Source: Minutocellus sp. GHC0000111
Lineage: Eukaryota
Length of the DNA stretch: 64,000 nt
Assembly (NCBI GenBank): GCA_977018835.1
Contig: OZ361257.1
Span: 1,550,001 to 1,614,000 of the forward strand
Reading direction: 5' to 3'
The notes below the pieces were generated by a model, which did not search any database, was not told the origin of the DNA, and was given only the letters and a program-made list of their open reading frames with translations. Every line of letters starts with the position of its first letter. Position 1 is the first letter of the stretch. Both the position numbers and the translations under genes were made by a program. Below are positions 1 through 11,571 of the stretch, piece by piece.

Positions 1-1091
1 CCAACAGAATCACAAAAGGCGTTGGTCTGAGCATCGAGATTCGTCCCCTCGATCAGAGGGACCACGTGCCTCTCATCTGCCACGGTTACATCGACCGCAA
101 TGTGTGCAGCCTCGAGCAGCTCACCGGCGGTGAAGAATGTTGAAGTTGTGGACTTGCTACTTTCCAATACCTCGCCAGTTTCGGGATGAGACAGAGCAGC
201 CTCCAGAGTATGCTTGCCATTGGGAAGGTTCAAGACGAGCGGGGCGGCATAGTTTTCATCACCAAAGATGGTAAAGCAACTAAAGGCGGGTGCCTGGTCG
301 ATGTTGACGCATACAAAGGCATTGGCAAAGTAATGCTGGAAGCTGTCCACGTCGTTGGGTTCGAGGTCAAAGTGGAGAAATACCGAGTGACCAGGGTAGG
401 TGACGAGATTATTTGGAGAGCTCACGCCAACACGTGGATAGTCTACCTGAACCTGCGCCGGGGCTTCCAAAGATTGGTCGGCGGCATCATTACTGACCTC
501 TTCATCCGTGGAATTATCCGCTAGCTTGGCATCGTGCACCGTCTTAAATTTACTGATGGTCTTCGTAGAATGGTCAAGCTTGCCAGCCCGGTAGAGCATC
601 GCTTCGAGCGTATACTCATTCTCCTCGACTTCAGTATAGAAGATCTTGCCAGCCAAAGCAGGCCAACAGTAGAAAGGACCAGCATTGAGGGAAGCACACA
701 CCTTGGATTCCGTTGTATTGAAGTGAGATAGAAATGAATCCCTATCGGGGGCCAGGATGTCGATCTTCACGGCGAACGTCGATCCGAGAATAATGGAACC
801 TTGAGGAGGTTCGGTAATATTGAGCATCACTTTTGGGTGAGATGCTTTTGACTCGGTCTTCAAGGTCTCCGTCGTGCCATCGTGTTTCGTTGGCACTGGC
901 TTCTGCTTGGGTGCTGCCTGCATTGTCCGGGGATTTGCCTGCTGTCCCGCACGCCCAGTCTTTGGCTTCTTCGGCGGAGAGAGACGAATGGCAGAAATGA
1001 CATCTACGGGCTCTGTCACAATACCGAGGCAGAGGTTGGAGCAGACGGCCACGAGAAGAGTAGAAAGAAGGAGTCTGACGACAAGCATCAT
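1..1091 (-). CDS. Secreted or membrane hypothetical protein, runs off the left edge of the window
   Basis: Hand translation from ATG 1091 gives MMLVVRLLLSTLLVAVCSNLCLG (signal peptide), and the frame stays open to position 3. It has two similar units (KVCASLNAGPFYCW...YTLEAML and FVCVNIDQAPAFSCF...HTLEAAL). It is absent from the ORF track because there is no stop in the window. Confidence 0.75.
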   Translation of the reverse strand, partial: MMLVVRLLLSTLLVAVCSNLCLGIVTEPVDVISAIRLSPPKKPKTGRAGQQANPRTMQAAPKQKPVPTKHDGTTETLKTESKASHPKVMLNITEPPQGSIILGSTFAVKIDILAPDRDSFLSHFNTTESKVCASLNAGPFYCWPALAGKIFYTEVEENEYTLEAMLYRAGKLDHSTKTISKFKTVHDAKLADNSTDEEVSNDAADQSLEAPAQVQVDYPRVGVSSPNNLVTYPGHSVFLHFDLEPNDVDSFQHYFANAFVCVNIDQAPAFSCFTIFGDENYAAPLVLNLPNGKHTLEAALSHPETGEVLESSKSTTSTFFTAGELLEAAHIAVDVTVADERHVVPLIEGTNLDAQTNAFCDSV

Positions 1092-1481
1092 TATCTTCTT
1101 CGTATCTCTAGCTAGCTAGGAGAGAATGTCGAACAAACGACCCGAGACTGGGAGAATCCTCCCTGAAGCCTGAAGTCTCACCTAGCCACGTATCAGTGTA
1201 TTATGAAGAATTTTTTCTTTTGAAAAATTAATTCAATTCAACGCAAGCACCTTTTCAAAGTCTTAAAATGAATAGTTAATACTTGCTTACTATGCATGTA
1301 CAATACATTCTAATAGGCTGTAATCTTCCTCTTCTTGTTGCTTTATTAATGCACAATTGTATAAGTTCCCTCCCATCCACCTCGCCCGTAGCCGTCCGAC
1401 ATCGCGACGGTATCATCTTCAAGCCACCACTCGCCGCCCCGCCGCATACCGCACCCTCTCCAAATACTAACTCCCCGATCA

Positions 1482-2252
1482 TTACCGCCAGGCACCGGCC
1501 GAATCCTTGCCGCCGCTGCCACTCCGGGCCTTGCCACCTCGCATCTCGTCCCGATCGCCCCACGAACCGGACCGGCGCACGTCCCTCCTGGGGTTGCCGG
1601 TGCCGCCGGTGTCGCGGCTGCTGCCGCCGCGGTCGCCGTCGCTGCCGCTCTCCCTCGAGCGACTGCCGCGCCAAACCTGCGTATTCCGGAACGAGCTCTT
1701 GTCGGCCAAACTGGCCTGGTGGGGCTTGTACTCCATGTGCACATGTCCGGGCAACCTCAGGACCTTCTTGATGGCATCCCGAAGCCGATCGGTGGTGTCC
1801 CTGTCGGAGCTGGTCTTGTTCCAGATGGAGATGATGTCCTCGGAGTAGCGGATGGAGATGACGGCGCCGCAGACCTCCCCGTCGGGGGCGGGGAACTGCT
1901 GGCCGAGGATGGCCAGGACGATCTCCTCCCAGTACCGGGAGGCCAGGCCCTTCCGCAGCCTCACAATCCACTTGCCACCCTTGGCGTTGGAGGGGTCCTC
2001 CCACGTCGGCTTGATGCCCTCACGGAAGAAGTGGTAGTCGGTGGTGGTCGGGAGGTCGTTGGGACGGACCAGGTGGTTGTATACCTCCCAGAATTCCTCG
2101 ACGGTGTTGACGGTGGCAATGGTTTTGATGGACGATTCGTACGGCACACCGGGTTGGGCCTTGTCGGCGGCCGGAGCGGCGGCGGCGTTTTCACCGCCCT
2201 CGGCATTCTTGGCCGCGTCGGCTGCGGCCTTGTCCTTGGCCGCGCCCGTATC
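1482..2252 (-). CDS. EIF4E2: eIF4E-family cap-binding protein, most like class II / 4EHP; 5' end missing
   Basis: Motifs TVEEFW..YNHL.RP, YHFFREGIKPTWED.SN.KGGKW, WEEIVLAILG and VCGAVISIRYSEDIISIWN. The frame is closed by TAA at 2265-2267, with no ATG and no N-terminal HPL...W motif. Confidence 0.85.
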   Translation of the reverse strand, partial: DTGAAKDKAAADAAKNAEGGENAAAAPAADKAQPGVPYESSIKTIATVNTVEEFWEVYNHLVRPNDLPTTTDYHFFREGIKPTWEDPSNAKGGKWIVRLRKGLASRYWEEIVLAILGQQFPAPDGEVCGAVISIRYSEDIISIWNKTSSDRDTTDRLRDAIKKVLRLPGHVHMEYKPHQASLADKSSFRNTQVWRGSRSRESGSDGDRGGSSRDTGGTGNPRRDVRRSGSWGDRDEMRGGKARSGSGGKDSAGAWR

Positions 2253-2797
2253 TGCCCGACAGCATTACATCGGCCATTGTCCCGGTCGATGGATTTAGAA
2301 ATTGCGACATGGTTCCAATCATCACCATGCTGGGCCTGGGTCAAGAGGTGTTCATCACAAAAGGATGCACGATGGTGTACAAATTTGGCTTCGGTTGCCT
2401 TCGAGAGCTCTTCCCAATGATTTCCCTTGTTGTTGCGCCAATATTGATTGGTTGTGCCGATTCCACCATCCTCGAACGGCATCCCAGAATTTGTTTGCAT
2501 GTTATTGCCGGTCTATTTGTGGAGGCAGTAACGCAGCTCATGTTGGATCATATGACTTCCCGTCCTTATCGGGCTGTTCGGCCGTGTATAGTGCCTCTTT
2601 GGGCTTTCACGGCTCTCATTTGGTTTGGTCTCATCGTGCCGCAGATGGCCGATGAGCTCTTGGTTTCCTACCAAATGTTCTTGGTGGTCCACCTGTACAT
2701 GAAGTTTAGTGTTATCATTCACGAAATATGTGATTTGCTACAAATTTGGTGCTTTGACATCGTAACGCCCTATCCCAAAAAGAAGAAGAGCGCATAA
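2252..2797 (+). CDS. C-terminal part of a choline/ethanolamine phosphotransferase (CEPT/AAPT family); 5' half missing
   Basis: Hydrophobic helices and the family-typical C-terminus IIHEICDLLQIWCFDIVTPYPKKKKSA (ER di-lysine-like tail). The CDP-alcohol DG..AR catalytic region is absent. Confidence 0.65.
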   Translation: MPDSITSAIVPVDGFRNCDMVPIITMLGLGQEVFITKGCTMVYKFGFGCLRELFPMISLVVAPILIGCADSTILERHPRICLHVIAGLFVEAVTQLMLDHMTSRPYRAVRPCIVPLWAFTALIWFGLIVPQMADELLVSYQMFLVVHLYMKFSVIIHEICDLLQIWCFDIVTPYPKKKKSA

Positions 2798-2928
2798 GGA
2801 GCATTGCTAAAAATAGCTAGGCCTAGCTAGTGGCTTGGAGTAAGATTGCTGAGACTTGGAGTAGGAATGTGAGATCTCTGGCAAATCTTAGGCTGATATT
2901 CAAACGCTACTTAAAAAATGTCATTCTG

Positions 2929-5900
2929 CTACCATGTACCCCCCTGCAGCTTAGATCCATTGTCAAGCGTTGGCATACGATTGAAAGCAAGCTGCTTAAG
3001 GCACAATGCCTTGATAGTGTCCATCGATCTCACCATACTCCTCATGTAAATGTCAAGCTTTTTATCCCGTGTAATTCCCATTCTCTCTTTGTCAGAAAGA
3101 GACTTTGGTTCCACAAAAAGTTGAGAATAGAAATCACCAAATGTCTTGGAGTCGGTCCATCCGAAAAGGCGACCAAGATCTTGAACGCCACCGTTTAATC
3201 CCTCGTCGGATTCCCAACATGCCACCAAGCGTTCGGGATGTGATAGCATTTGTCCCTGAACAATCTTGAGCATACTATTTAGAGTCTGAAGCTGGATGTG
3301 TCTTGACGAAAACTGACGATTCATGGACGTAGATTTGAGTACTCGGTACGGATCTCGGTACGACACTGCGTGTTGACATCGAACACCAGCGGCACTACAC
3401 GCCTCATAAATAATATCCAGGTCAGGATATTGCAAGGCCCTTGCCGGACCAAATAGTAGAGGATAGCTGAGGTAGGGTGACACCTTATTTCTGGTACCGA
3501 TGGACCCCGAATTGATTGCAATAACTAGATCCGTCCCAGGTGCTATGGGTTTGTCGGATTGGAGCCCACGGAGTGCCTTGTGCTCAATTCGCTTCAAATG
3601 ACCAACAAGATTATCAAAAAGTCTTTCCCCGTCAACATGGGTGTCCTCCTGAAGCCACCATTCGTCTTTGTTGTTCTCAGATGTAGCAGACATTGCCGAG
3701 AACAATCCATCCAAGGGCTGCTTTCTGTTCCACAGTGAAAGCGTTAGACGCATCATGTCAGGCTCAAGCCCATATTCATTCAGGCGTTTGTGCATGGGGC
3801 TTTGCTTGTAAATATCCCGATGCAAATGGTGGCCAGTTCCCTCGACCCCCATTAAAAATTGAAAAACAATAGGCGACTTCTCATTGTTGTGAGCTATAGT
3901 CTCTGGCTCTTCCCCAAGCTCAATCTCATCGTCGTTGTAAGAACTACAATCCTCAGCATTCCGGAATTTTTGCACAAGAAGGGCACAGGTCCTACTGGGA
4001 AGTTTCCCCCCAACATGTTTTACTGCAGTGGTGACCCCTGATCCATCTTCTTCGACAAATACGTCGCAGGCATTTGCCCAGATATGGCGCAAGCCGCGGA
4101 ATGTATTATCAACATTAGTCCTCGCATATGCACAGTTCCCATCGCTGTCACCCTCGAACCATTTCTTGTCATTCCCAAGGTGAAATGTAACCTTGAGCTC
4201 GTCAGATGCAAATGTTGTATATCGATCGGCAAGATGCTCAATTTGAGCCAACAACATTTTCCCAAATGGTGGGTAGCCAAGAGAGATATTTCCCATCTCG
4301 AGCTGGTCAAATATGCTTCTTTTCATGACAAAGCAGTCGCTGCCGGGATGAATATCTCCGGTACTTTTGTAGATCATGTCAAGGTCATTGGCAGTGTATG
4401 GCGTGAAGATTCCCCCATCCTCGTCGTTAGCGTTATCGCCATTCGTATAGGTTCCCTTATCAATTGTTTGTCGATTAATCGTGAAGGCATCATAACCTTG
4501 CTGTATGGCAATGGAAATCACATCGTAGAAATCGTCTCGTACAATAATGTCGGCATTTGTGTAGATGACATAATCAAAAGGTTCTATCAGCTCATCTTCC
4601 GACGCTGCCGCATTTCTCAGGTTGGAAAATACATCATCCACAAAGGGGAGGTTCTTCTGCGGTACCAGACTTGGATATTCCGTTGTGGTGGATCGTTCAA
4701 GATCAGGAAGACGTAGGAAGTCATCTGGAACGGCCTTGTGGTCGTCAGCGAAAACAGAAGTCGCAAGCACAACAGATGCGGGCGCCTTGGATGCCGTCTT
4801 TGCTCTCTGCATGCTGGCTACTGCCACACTCTGGTCCTGACCATAGGGACAGAATTTTTCCTCACAGTCCTCAACACTGTACAAGGACATCAGATGAACA
4901 AGGCGCAAGGTACTCGGATCAATAGTCTTTGTGGAGTCTAGGCCTTGCTCGCCACCCCCTTCTCCCTCTTGTTTCTCATCGCGATTGCGATGTCCTCCGT
5001 GAATACCAAAACGACGCTCGTGATCGTCGAATGGCAAATCAATCATATCCTTGGTAACTTCTTCCATTGCTTTGACACGGCGGACAGCCCTATCAATATC
5101 CATCTCCGCATCTTGCAACAAATCGAATTTCTGTGTCATTTCGTCTCTGACCTTGCCAACAACCTCGGCAATGCGCTTCGTTGCTACATCTTCATCTGTT
5201 GAAGCCTCATAAACAAAGTCATCATAATCCAGACAAATGACATTGGGATATGTGCAATATTTCTCTTCAACTTCCAATCCCTTGGCAGATCGAGTAGAGG
5301 CAACATACAAACTTGTTTCGAACCAATTGCCAAAGCTTCCTTGTAGATCATCGACGTCGACAGAATGTACCTTGGTCACTTTCGTTGCATTGAGAGATTT
5401 GGGTGTAGCTTTCCTGAATGTCCATCGTGTAAAACGACTGGATGTGTATACATTGAATAATGCTCTCCTTTGGCTTTGACATTGTGATCTGTGCCATCAT
5501 CGGCAATAACAATATCTCCAGCCTTGGCATCTCGCAGAAATGCATATCCAGTATCCAATGATTCCTCCAGCAATCCCTGCAGAATGCAATTGAGCAAGGT
5601 TGAGCCCGAGTGCGGCCGTGATATCTGAAATATGTGGATATCATCACTAGGCTGTGACTTTTGTGCAGTGAATGGAACTGAGTTGGAATGAGATTGTTTG
5701 GTCGACCCCAGTCGTCTTCGTTGATATCGATCGCTGGAACCAAATCTCAAATTAGCGCCAGGATGTGCATAGTGCCGTTCGGCAGAGCTGTGAAAAGATG
5801 CTGAAGGATCAGCAGAATGACTGGCTGCGAGGATATCATCGGCCATACGCATCATGGTGGCAATGTTTAGGGAACAAAAGAGGACGGGAGCACCGACCAT

Positions 5901-6038
5901 GGCAATCGCTAGATGCTTGCGGCCAAGTTGGAGTCGCCGAGGATGACGCCTCAGCTGCTGCTTCTTTTGGATGCCAATGACTCGCCTGTTGCCGTCACAG
6001 CTAGCACATCTTGTGCTGTATCGGTGCCCACCACTCAT
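2929..6038 (-). CDS. Type II membrane multidomain protein: sulfotransferase-like, glycosyltransferase-like and a second sulfotransferase-like domain; probably 2 exons
   Basis: N-terminal TM segment, FQISRPHSGSTLL (PAPS-loop-like), DYVIYTNADIIV (GT-A DxD-like) and FLMGVEGTGHHL. ORFs 5376..6038 and 2929..5379 join in frame if 5379..5467 is removed as an intron. Confidence 0.6.
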
Positions 6039-6289
6039 AATGCAAATAGAGATGGCGCTCTACTAGAACTGATCAATAAGAAGGTAGGGCAAGGTGGTCA
6101 GGCGGCTCTACTAGTAGCTATTCGACGGCCGAAGCAGACGCCGGGCCTGGTCTACCCTGGCGGGTGCGCCAAGAGAGTGAGTGGAGCTTTGCGCTGGGCT
6201 GGCATAGTTTCTGTGACGTAGGTGCGCCCGCCTTTCGAATTTTCTTCTGCCTGCCTACCGTGCCTGCTCATTTTCTCATTTTCCGTCAC

Positions 6290-8002
6290 ATGAGACGCCC
6301 GAAGAAGCTGATCGGCGCCGTCGCCACCGCGTATTTGGCATGCTCATCCTGCCATGCCGCCGAGGTAGCCGATCGTTCGTTGCGGAAAAAGCCGGCGAAT
6401 TATCCCAACGGTGGAAGGAACGTCATTATTAAGTACAGGGCGGATACTGGTCGACATGAGGCGGAACACAAGCATAATCACGACGGCGAACGTCCTCACA
6501 GGCTCAAGAAGATCAAGGCTTTGGCGGGATACTACACCGAGGATGAGATAGCTGAGTTCGCTGCTCGACCAGATATTGAATACATTGAAGACGATTCTCC
6601 AGTCCGGCAGCCGGAGAGAGTTCAGTCCAATCAACAATTTCGGAGACGTAGACTTCGCCGTCGCAGCCGGAATCTCTTGACTGACTTCATCCCCCAACCT
6701 ATCCCCTACGGCATCAACATGACCCAAGCTGATAAGATTGCAGCCAAGACGGATCAGAATGGCGATCCCATAATGTCCGTTTGTATCATTGATTCGGGAT
6801 TGGACGACCATCACGAAGACCTGCAGAAGCGGCATGTCATTGGTGCCTCGTTCGGGAAGAAGATTGGTGAGTGGAATGAATCTTCTGATCCGCATGGAAC
6901 CCACGTGGCCGGCACATTGGCAGCGATTGGCGGTAATCGGTTTGGTGTTGTCGGCGTTGAGTCGGCGGGAAATCTCCGTCTGCTCATAGCAAGGGTATTT
7001 GATGATGTTGGAAGCGAGGCGAAGACGTCCTTCATCGTCGAGGCGGCCGAGTGGTGTGCAGAGAATGGCGCCAACGTGATCAACCTTTCTCTCGGCAATC
7101 TTAGCAAGGTCAAGGCTGAGGGCGAGACCATGGCTGAGCTGTGGGATGAGGGAATCCTACTCGTCGCAGCTGCTGGTAACGATGGTATTGAGTACCAGAA
7201 GAAAAATTACCCAGCGTCTTTCAGAGAAGTGATCTCAGTTGGTATGGTCGGCGAAAATGGCGAGGTCGCTGCTGACTCGCAGCAAAATGATGAGGTGGAA
7301 ATCGTCGCGCCAGGCGTGACTGTTCTATCGACAACCATCACTGGAACTGGAGAGCTTGGTTCTTATGTGGTCAACGGCACGCAGGAAGATGGCATCCCGA
7401 TGGAATTTTCGGTGCCAACCACTGACAAGCCCGATGGAGTATCAGGTGTCCTCATTGATTGCGACTATGGAGAAGACACCTGCCCATCTTCTGCAACCGG
7501 TGAACCGCATATCTGTCTAATCAAGCGCGGAGCGCCAAATCCAGAGGATACCATTACATTTGTGGAAAAGTTAGAGAAGTGCGAGGGAGGCGGAGGGATC
7601 GCTGCCATTATTTACAATCACCTTGACGAAGGTCCAGTAAAGGGCACACTCACTGATGACAAACATGGAATCACAATACCCGCCGTCGGAATTTCTAAGG
7701 GTAAGGGGGAATGGCTCAAGGCGACTTTCCTGAACCAACGTATTACTGTTGTAGTTCGCGATGATACCAACTATACATACATGACAGGGACGTCCATGGC
7801 CTCGCCTTTGGTTGCAGGTGCGGCTGCTGTCATTTGGAGACATCATCCTCATTGTTCAAATTCTCAAATACGAAAAGTTCTACAGATAACTACAGACAAG
7901 AAACGGGTCGACGGAGATAGAGATGAGTCCTACGGCTTTGGATTATTACAAGCGAAGGATGCTCTTGACTACCTGGACAAACATGGTTGTCCGGATGTGT
8001 GA
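6290..8002 (+). CDS. Secreted subtilisin-like S8 serine protease with I9 propeptide and PA domain
   Basis: Signal peptide; catalytic-triad motifs IIDSG, HGTHVAG and GTSMASP; oxyanion motif AAAGN; PA insert ICLIKRG...TFVEK. Confidence 0.93.
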   Translation: MRRPKKLIGAVATAYLACSSCHAAEVADRSLRKKPANYPNGGRNVIIKYRADTGRHEAEHKHNHDGERPHRLKKIKALAGYYTEDEIAEFAARPDIEYIEDDSPVRQPERVQSNQQFRRRRLRRRSRNLLTDFIPQPIPYGINMTQADKIAAKTDQNGDPIMSVCIIDSGLDDHHEDLQKRHVIGASFGKKIGEWNESSDPHGTHVAGTLAAIGGNRFGVVGVESAGNLRLLIARVFDDVGSEAKTSFIVEAAEWCAENGANVINLSLGNLSKVKAEGETMAELWDEGILLVAAAGNDGIEYQKKNYPASFREVISVGMVGENGEVAADSQQNDEVEIVAPGVTVLSTTITGTGELGSYVVNGTQEDGIPMEFSVPTTDKPDGVSGVLIDCDYGEDTCPSSATGEPHICLIKRGAPNPEDTITFVEKLEKCEGGGGIAAIIYNHLDEGPVKGTLTDDKHGITIPAVGISKGKGEWLKATFLNQRITVVVRDDTNYTYMTGTSMASPLVAGAAAVIWRHHPHCSNSQIRKVLQITTDKKRVDGDRDESYGFGLLQAKDALDYLDKHGCPDV

Positions 8003-8114
8003 TACCACGTACGAGTTCGTAGTCATTTTACTACGTAGTGGGAAAATTTAGTGGGAAAGCATTAATTTAAAATTGTGTTCACGCGTGAACGAACTTTATC
8101 AAGTCCATTCTTTG

Positions 8115-9787
8115 TTAACGATAAGCCTGCTGAGTTGTCATTTCACCAGTGTAGACATCCATAATCTTTACCGTCGCGGTCCTCCTTTCGACTTCGTTGA
8201 AATCCAGCTGACTTGGGGTCTTGTTAATACTACTGACGCCCCCGCCAGCATTGCCTTTTGTCGCCATTGCCGCCTTCCATTTTGCATCATGCCCATTCAG
8301 AGGGACGCCAGCAAGACGCAGTATACTTTTGAGAATGTAGGTAGTCTCATCAGGTGAAGTGATCCACACACACGGAGAAGTTTCACGTGCAGCGAAATCG
8401 TTACCTGTATTCAAAAATTGATCACCCACATGCAGCGTCTTTTCATTGGGAACTCCCAGGTAACTCTGAAGAATGGCTACTCCAACCCGTTTGTTGCCAC
8501 AGTCCACCCAGGCATCACTGCCTCCATTGAATGCGCAAAAGGGCAGAGAAATTTTGGGGTGACGCTGTAGCTCCGCCTGAACTCGGAGGATACTCTCATC
8601 CAATGCCTCACGAGGTATCTGTTCATCTGGCTTGGGAATTAGTCCCACCGCCCTTTTCTTTCGAATGAGACGAGCACGGAGATTCTGCTCGTCGATGCTT
8701 TGTTTCATGCATGTCTCGGCCGTGTCCAGAAGCATTTTGATCTCATCTTCGCACCAATTGCCAGGGGCCTCCTCCATGTATTTGGTCGACGTCAACCAGC
8801 CACCCGCGCCGTGCTCCCGTACCGGATGCAATTTATAGTCCGATCCAAGACGAAGCAAGTAGTTGCATTCACCACCAAAGAGATAGAATCGTTCGCTGTC
8901 CTCTGGGGGTAGCTTCCGATCGCTAAAGTAGGCCAATAGACCTGACAATCTCAGCTCGTACTTCTCACTCTGATATTCATATCCAGCAGCCGTCACAACG
9001 GCAACAGTGACGCCATTGCGCAAAAGCAGGTACAGATAGAGTGCCAACTTGGGATTAGACTCGAAATTGGCACCATCAGAATAAAGCGTCTGGTCACCAT
9101 CGAACGTGATCATCGAGGGACCACGAAAGGGCGGTGCGTCCGTGGCGCTCTCTTCATCGTCCTCGGTCGTCTTTCCAGCGGAACCATCACTACCGCCGTC
9201 AAGATTCAAATCCAACTTCGGTGGAGACGGCGGACCAGAACAACCGCTATTGGCCGATCTCAAAACGGGAGTGTTGAGCAGATCCAAATCCTCACCGAGC
9301 TGTGACTCCCACCGCTGAAGGGCCCGACGTTCGTCCTCATCCTGGGCGGCGGCAAACGATCCGAGTTGAATCAGACTGCCGGTACTTCCTCCGTTTCGTA
9401 ACCAGGACCACACCGAAGGGCCATAATCTGTGCAAGATTCAGTATGTGGCGGAGTTCATTGAAGGAAATGCATATGTGCTTGCGCTTCGTCAAACCATAT
9501 TTCCCGTTGTATGCCTCAAAGGCTCTGCGAAGTGGCAAGTGGGTATGGAATTTTCCAACAGTTGGCACGAGCTGCTTGAGGCGGGAGGGCTTGGCATCTC
9601 CATCGTCGGCATCCCACTGGCGGTGTTCGTCGATCAGCATCTCGAAGTGGCTGAACGTATCCGCTCCCGTCGTTTCGAGTGCGTCAAGCACGAAGGAATG
9701 CATCAGCATAGACTTCATCCACTCGATCAATCCATCCCTCCGATGAGGCGTCAGGAGATAGTTGCGGCGGCGGCTGGAGAAGCTCAT
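8115..9787 (-). CDS. ISN1: IMP-specific 5'-nucleotidase (HAD superfamily)
   Basis: N-terminus SRRRNYLLTPHRRDGLIEWMKSMLMHSFVL; HAD motifs ITFDGDQTLY, VVTAAGY, CAFNGGSDAWVDCGNK and LHVGDQF..GNDF. The frame change near 9342-9410 is either a 1-nt error or a 44-nt GT-AG intron. Confidence 0.88.
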
Positions 9788-9833
9788 GGTGGGTGGCTGA
9801 ATAATGCTGATTGAAGTGAAAAGAATGATTGAA

Positions 9834-10060
9834 GCGCAGGCGAGCAATTGACGTGCCGGAATTGCAGATTCTTCTGAAGAGCGAGAGCCACTGACGATGA
9901 CGTCCTCTGGATTCTAGCTACGTAGCTAGCGCAGGCGAGCAATTGACGTGCCGGAGTTGCAGATTCTGAAGCGCCGCGAGAGCCACTGATGATGAGGCGA
10001 GAAATGCCGGAATTGCAGATTCTGAAGAGCCAGACTGACGCGTGCTCTGGATTCTAGCTA
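9834..10060. repeat. Imperfect ~95-bp tandem repeat (2 full copies, 1 partial) between divergent genes
   Basis: gcgcaggcgagcaattgacgtgccgga(a/g)ttgcagattc occurs at 9834 and 9929; tgccggaattgcagattctgaagag...ctctggattctagcta recurs at ~10004-10060. Confidence 0.85.
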
Positions 10061-10308
10061 GGCCTACTACTGCACTACGTAGCTACCGTACGTAGCTAGT
10101 AGAATCGTTTTGTTGAAAAGGGATTCTTTGGAAATATCCTGGAAAGCGAAATAACATTTTAGACGTCTACGATCGTATGTTGCGATGTTCGGAAGAAAAT
10201 CTTTTGTTTTTTGAAGGTTTCAACTTACCTCTTTCAGAGATGAGCCAGGATCGATGAGAAAGCAAGCACAAAGCTGTGAATCCAGCCCTTGCTTGGTTAT
10301 TGACGGAA

Positions 10309-11571
10309 ATGACCAACAAACCAAGCGAAAGTTCGACGCTCAGCGCTGACGGCGACATCAATAATGGCCCCTCGGGTGGCGGGCAATCGACGGAGCGAAC
10401 TGCCGGTACCAACGGTATTAGCTGGGGAGAGTCGACAGAGATTGCGCCCGAAGAACAAGCGGCACCAGCTCAGGCGAGTGCTTCTGGTGCAAGCAGTGGC
10501 GATGCTAATGAAGACGATGGCTCCCCGTTCTATCCCTTCCCAAACGTGCTAATTTATCTGGGATTCGCGGGCCTCTTTCTCTACTTGGCAATTGGCATTA
10601 TCATTGAATATGTTGAGTCCCGACGCAATCCACCGGCGGTGGTTGAATTTTTGACCGACGAAGCGCAATTGTTGCCGGGATTTGTGCTTTGCAATTACGA
10701 TCCTTCGGTCCCACTCTCGGCGTCTGTTTTTACCTCGCTCATTTCCGAACAAATAACCGGTGGAAATTTGACCTATTATGGAACTGATGGAACTACATCA
10801 GCTTTCCCGATACCCTTTGAGAGACATCTGGAATGTCCTGGAATTGGGACCATTGATTTGTGCTTGGTCTTTGATGTTCCTCTGGATGCATTTCTTGAAA
10901 CCGACCTGTGTGTCGAACGCATCGCATTGAACATTGCAATGGATCTCAATACCTCCGCCTATTCTCCCTTCGCGCCTGGGTTGGGCACATATGGATATCT
11001 GTTTGCTTCTGAACCGTACGCTGACATTGGAGGGGTACCCCAAGAACTGCTTTGTGCCGAACAGGTATTTGCCTCGTGCGCAGGAACTGGGTCAAATAAC
11101 GACGCCGACAGCATCAGTTGCAATTTACCTACGCAAACTGAGGTCGCTGCACCTGCTGGATCTATCACTTATTTGGCGCTTACTCGAATGGAAACGAAAA
11201 ACACCCAATGCAACAAATATGAAACAACTTGGAGTTCCTCGGCGACGAGCGCGAAGCTGAATCCCAAATTTTTGTCCATGCTTGGGTGGGAAAACGATCC
11301 GGGAGAATATGCCTTTTTGTATTTGGATCTGTCTAGCTCTACCTTTCGACAGATCTCGTATCGATCTATCAGTTGGAAGGCCATGTTTGGTAGTATCGCT
11401 GGTTGGTTTGGCGCGTTGAGTGACGGTTGGGGCATAATTACTCTTATTTTGATGCTGCAGGCCACATTTTTGCAGAGAAAACAGCTGTCGCAAGCGGCAA
11501 TCAACATTGCCAAGAATCCAGTCGAGATCGTACGGTGTTTGGGTCCGTCAGGGGCGAAAGGGCAGAAGTAA
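10309..11571 (+). CDS. Two-TM protein resembling the DEG/ENaC/ASIC-PAC trimeric ion channel superfamily
   Basis: TM1 is followed by LPGFVLCN (cf. FPAVT.CN), then a Cys-containing ectodomain, then TM2 MFGSIAGWFGALSDGWGIITL (cf. LL.DIGG.LGL..G.SI.T). Confidence 0.5.
   Translation: MTNKPSESSTLSADGDINNGPSGGGQSTERTAGTNGISWGESTEIAPEEQAAPAQASASGASSGDANEDDGSPFYPFPNVLIYLGFAGLFLYLAIGIIIEYVESRRNPPAVVEFLTDEAQLLPGFVLCNYDPSVPLSASVFTSLISEQITGGNLTYYGTDGTTSAFPIPFERHLECPGIGTIDLCLVFDVPLDAFLETDLCVERIALNIAMDLNTSAYSPFAPGLGTYGYLFASEPYADIGGVPQELLCAEQVFASCAGTGSNNDADSISCNLPTQTEVAAPAGSITYLALTRMETKNTQCNKYETTWSSSATSAKLNPKFLSMLGWENDPGEYAFLYLDLSSSTFRQISYRSISWKAMFGSIAGWFGALSDGWGIITLILMLQATFLQRKQLSQAAINIAKNPVEIVRCLGPSGAKGQK

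Noticed and set aside
6290..8002. Intronless bacterial-like subtilisin as recent horizontal transfer or contamination
   Set aside because: S8 proteases of this type are common in diatoms, and its composition and flanks match the host.
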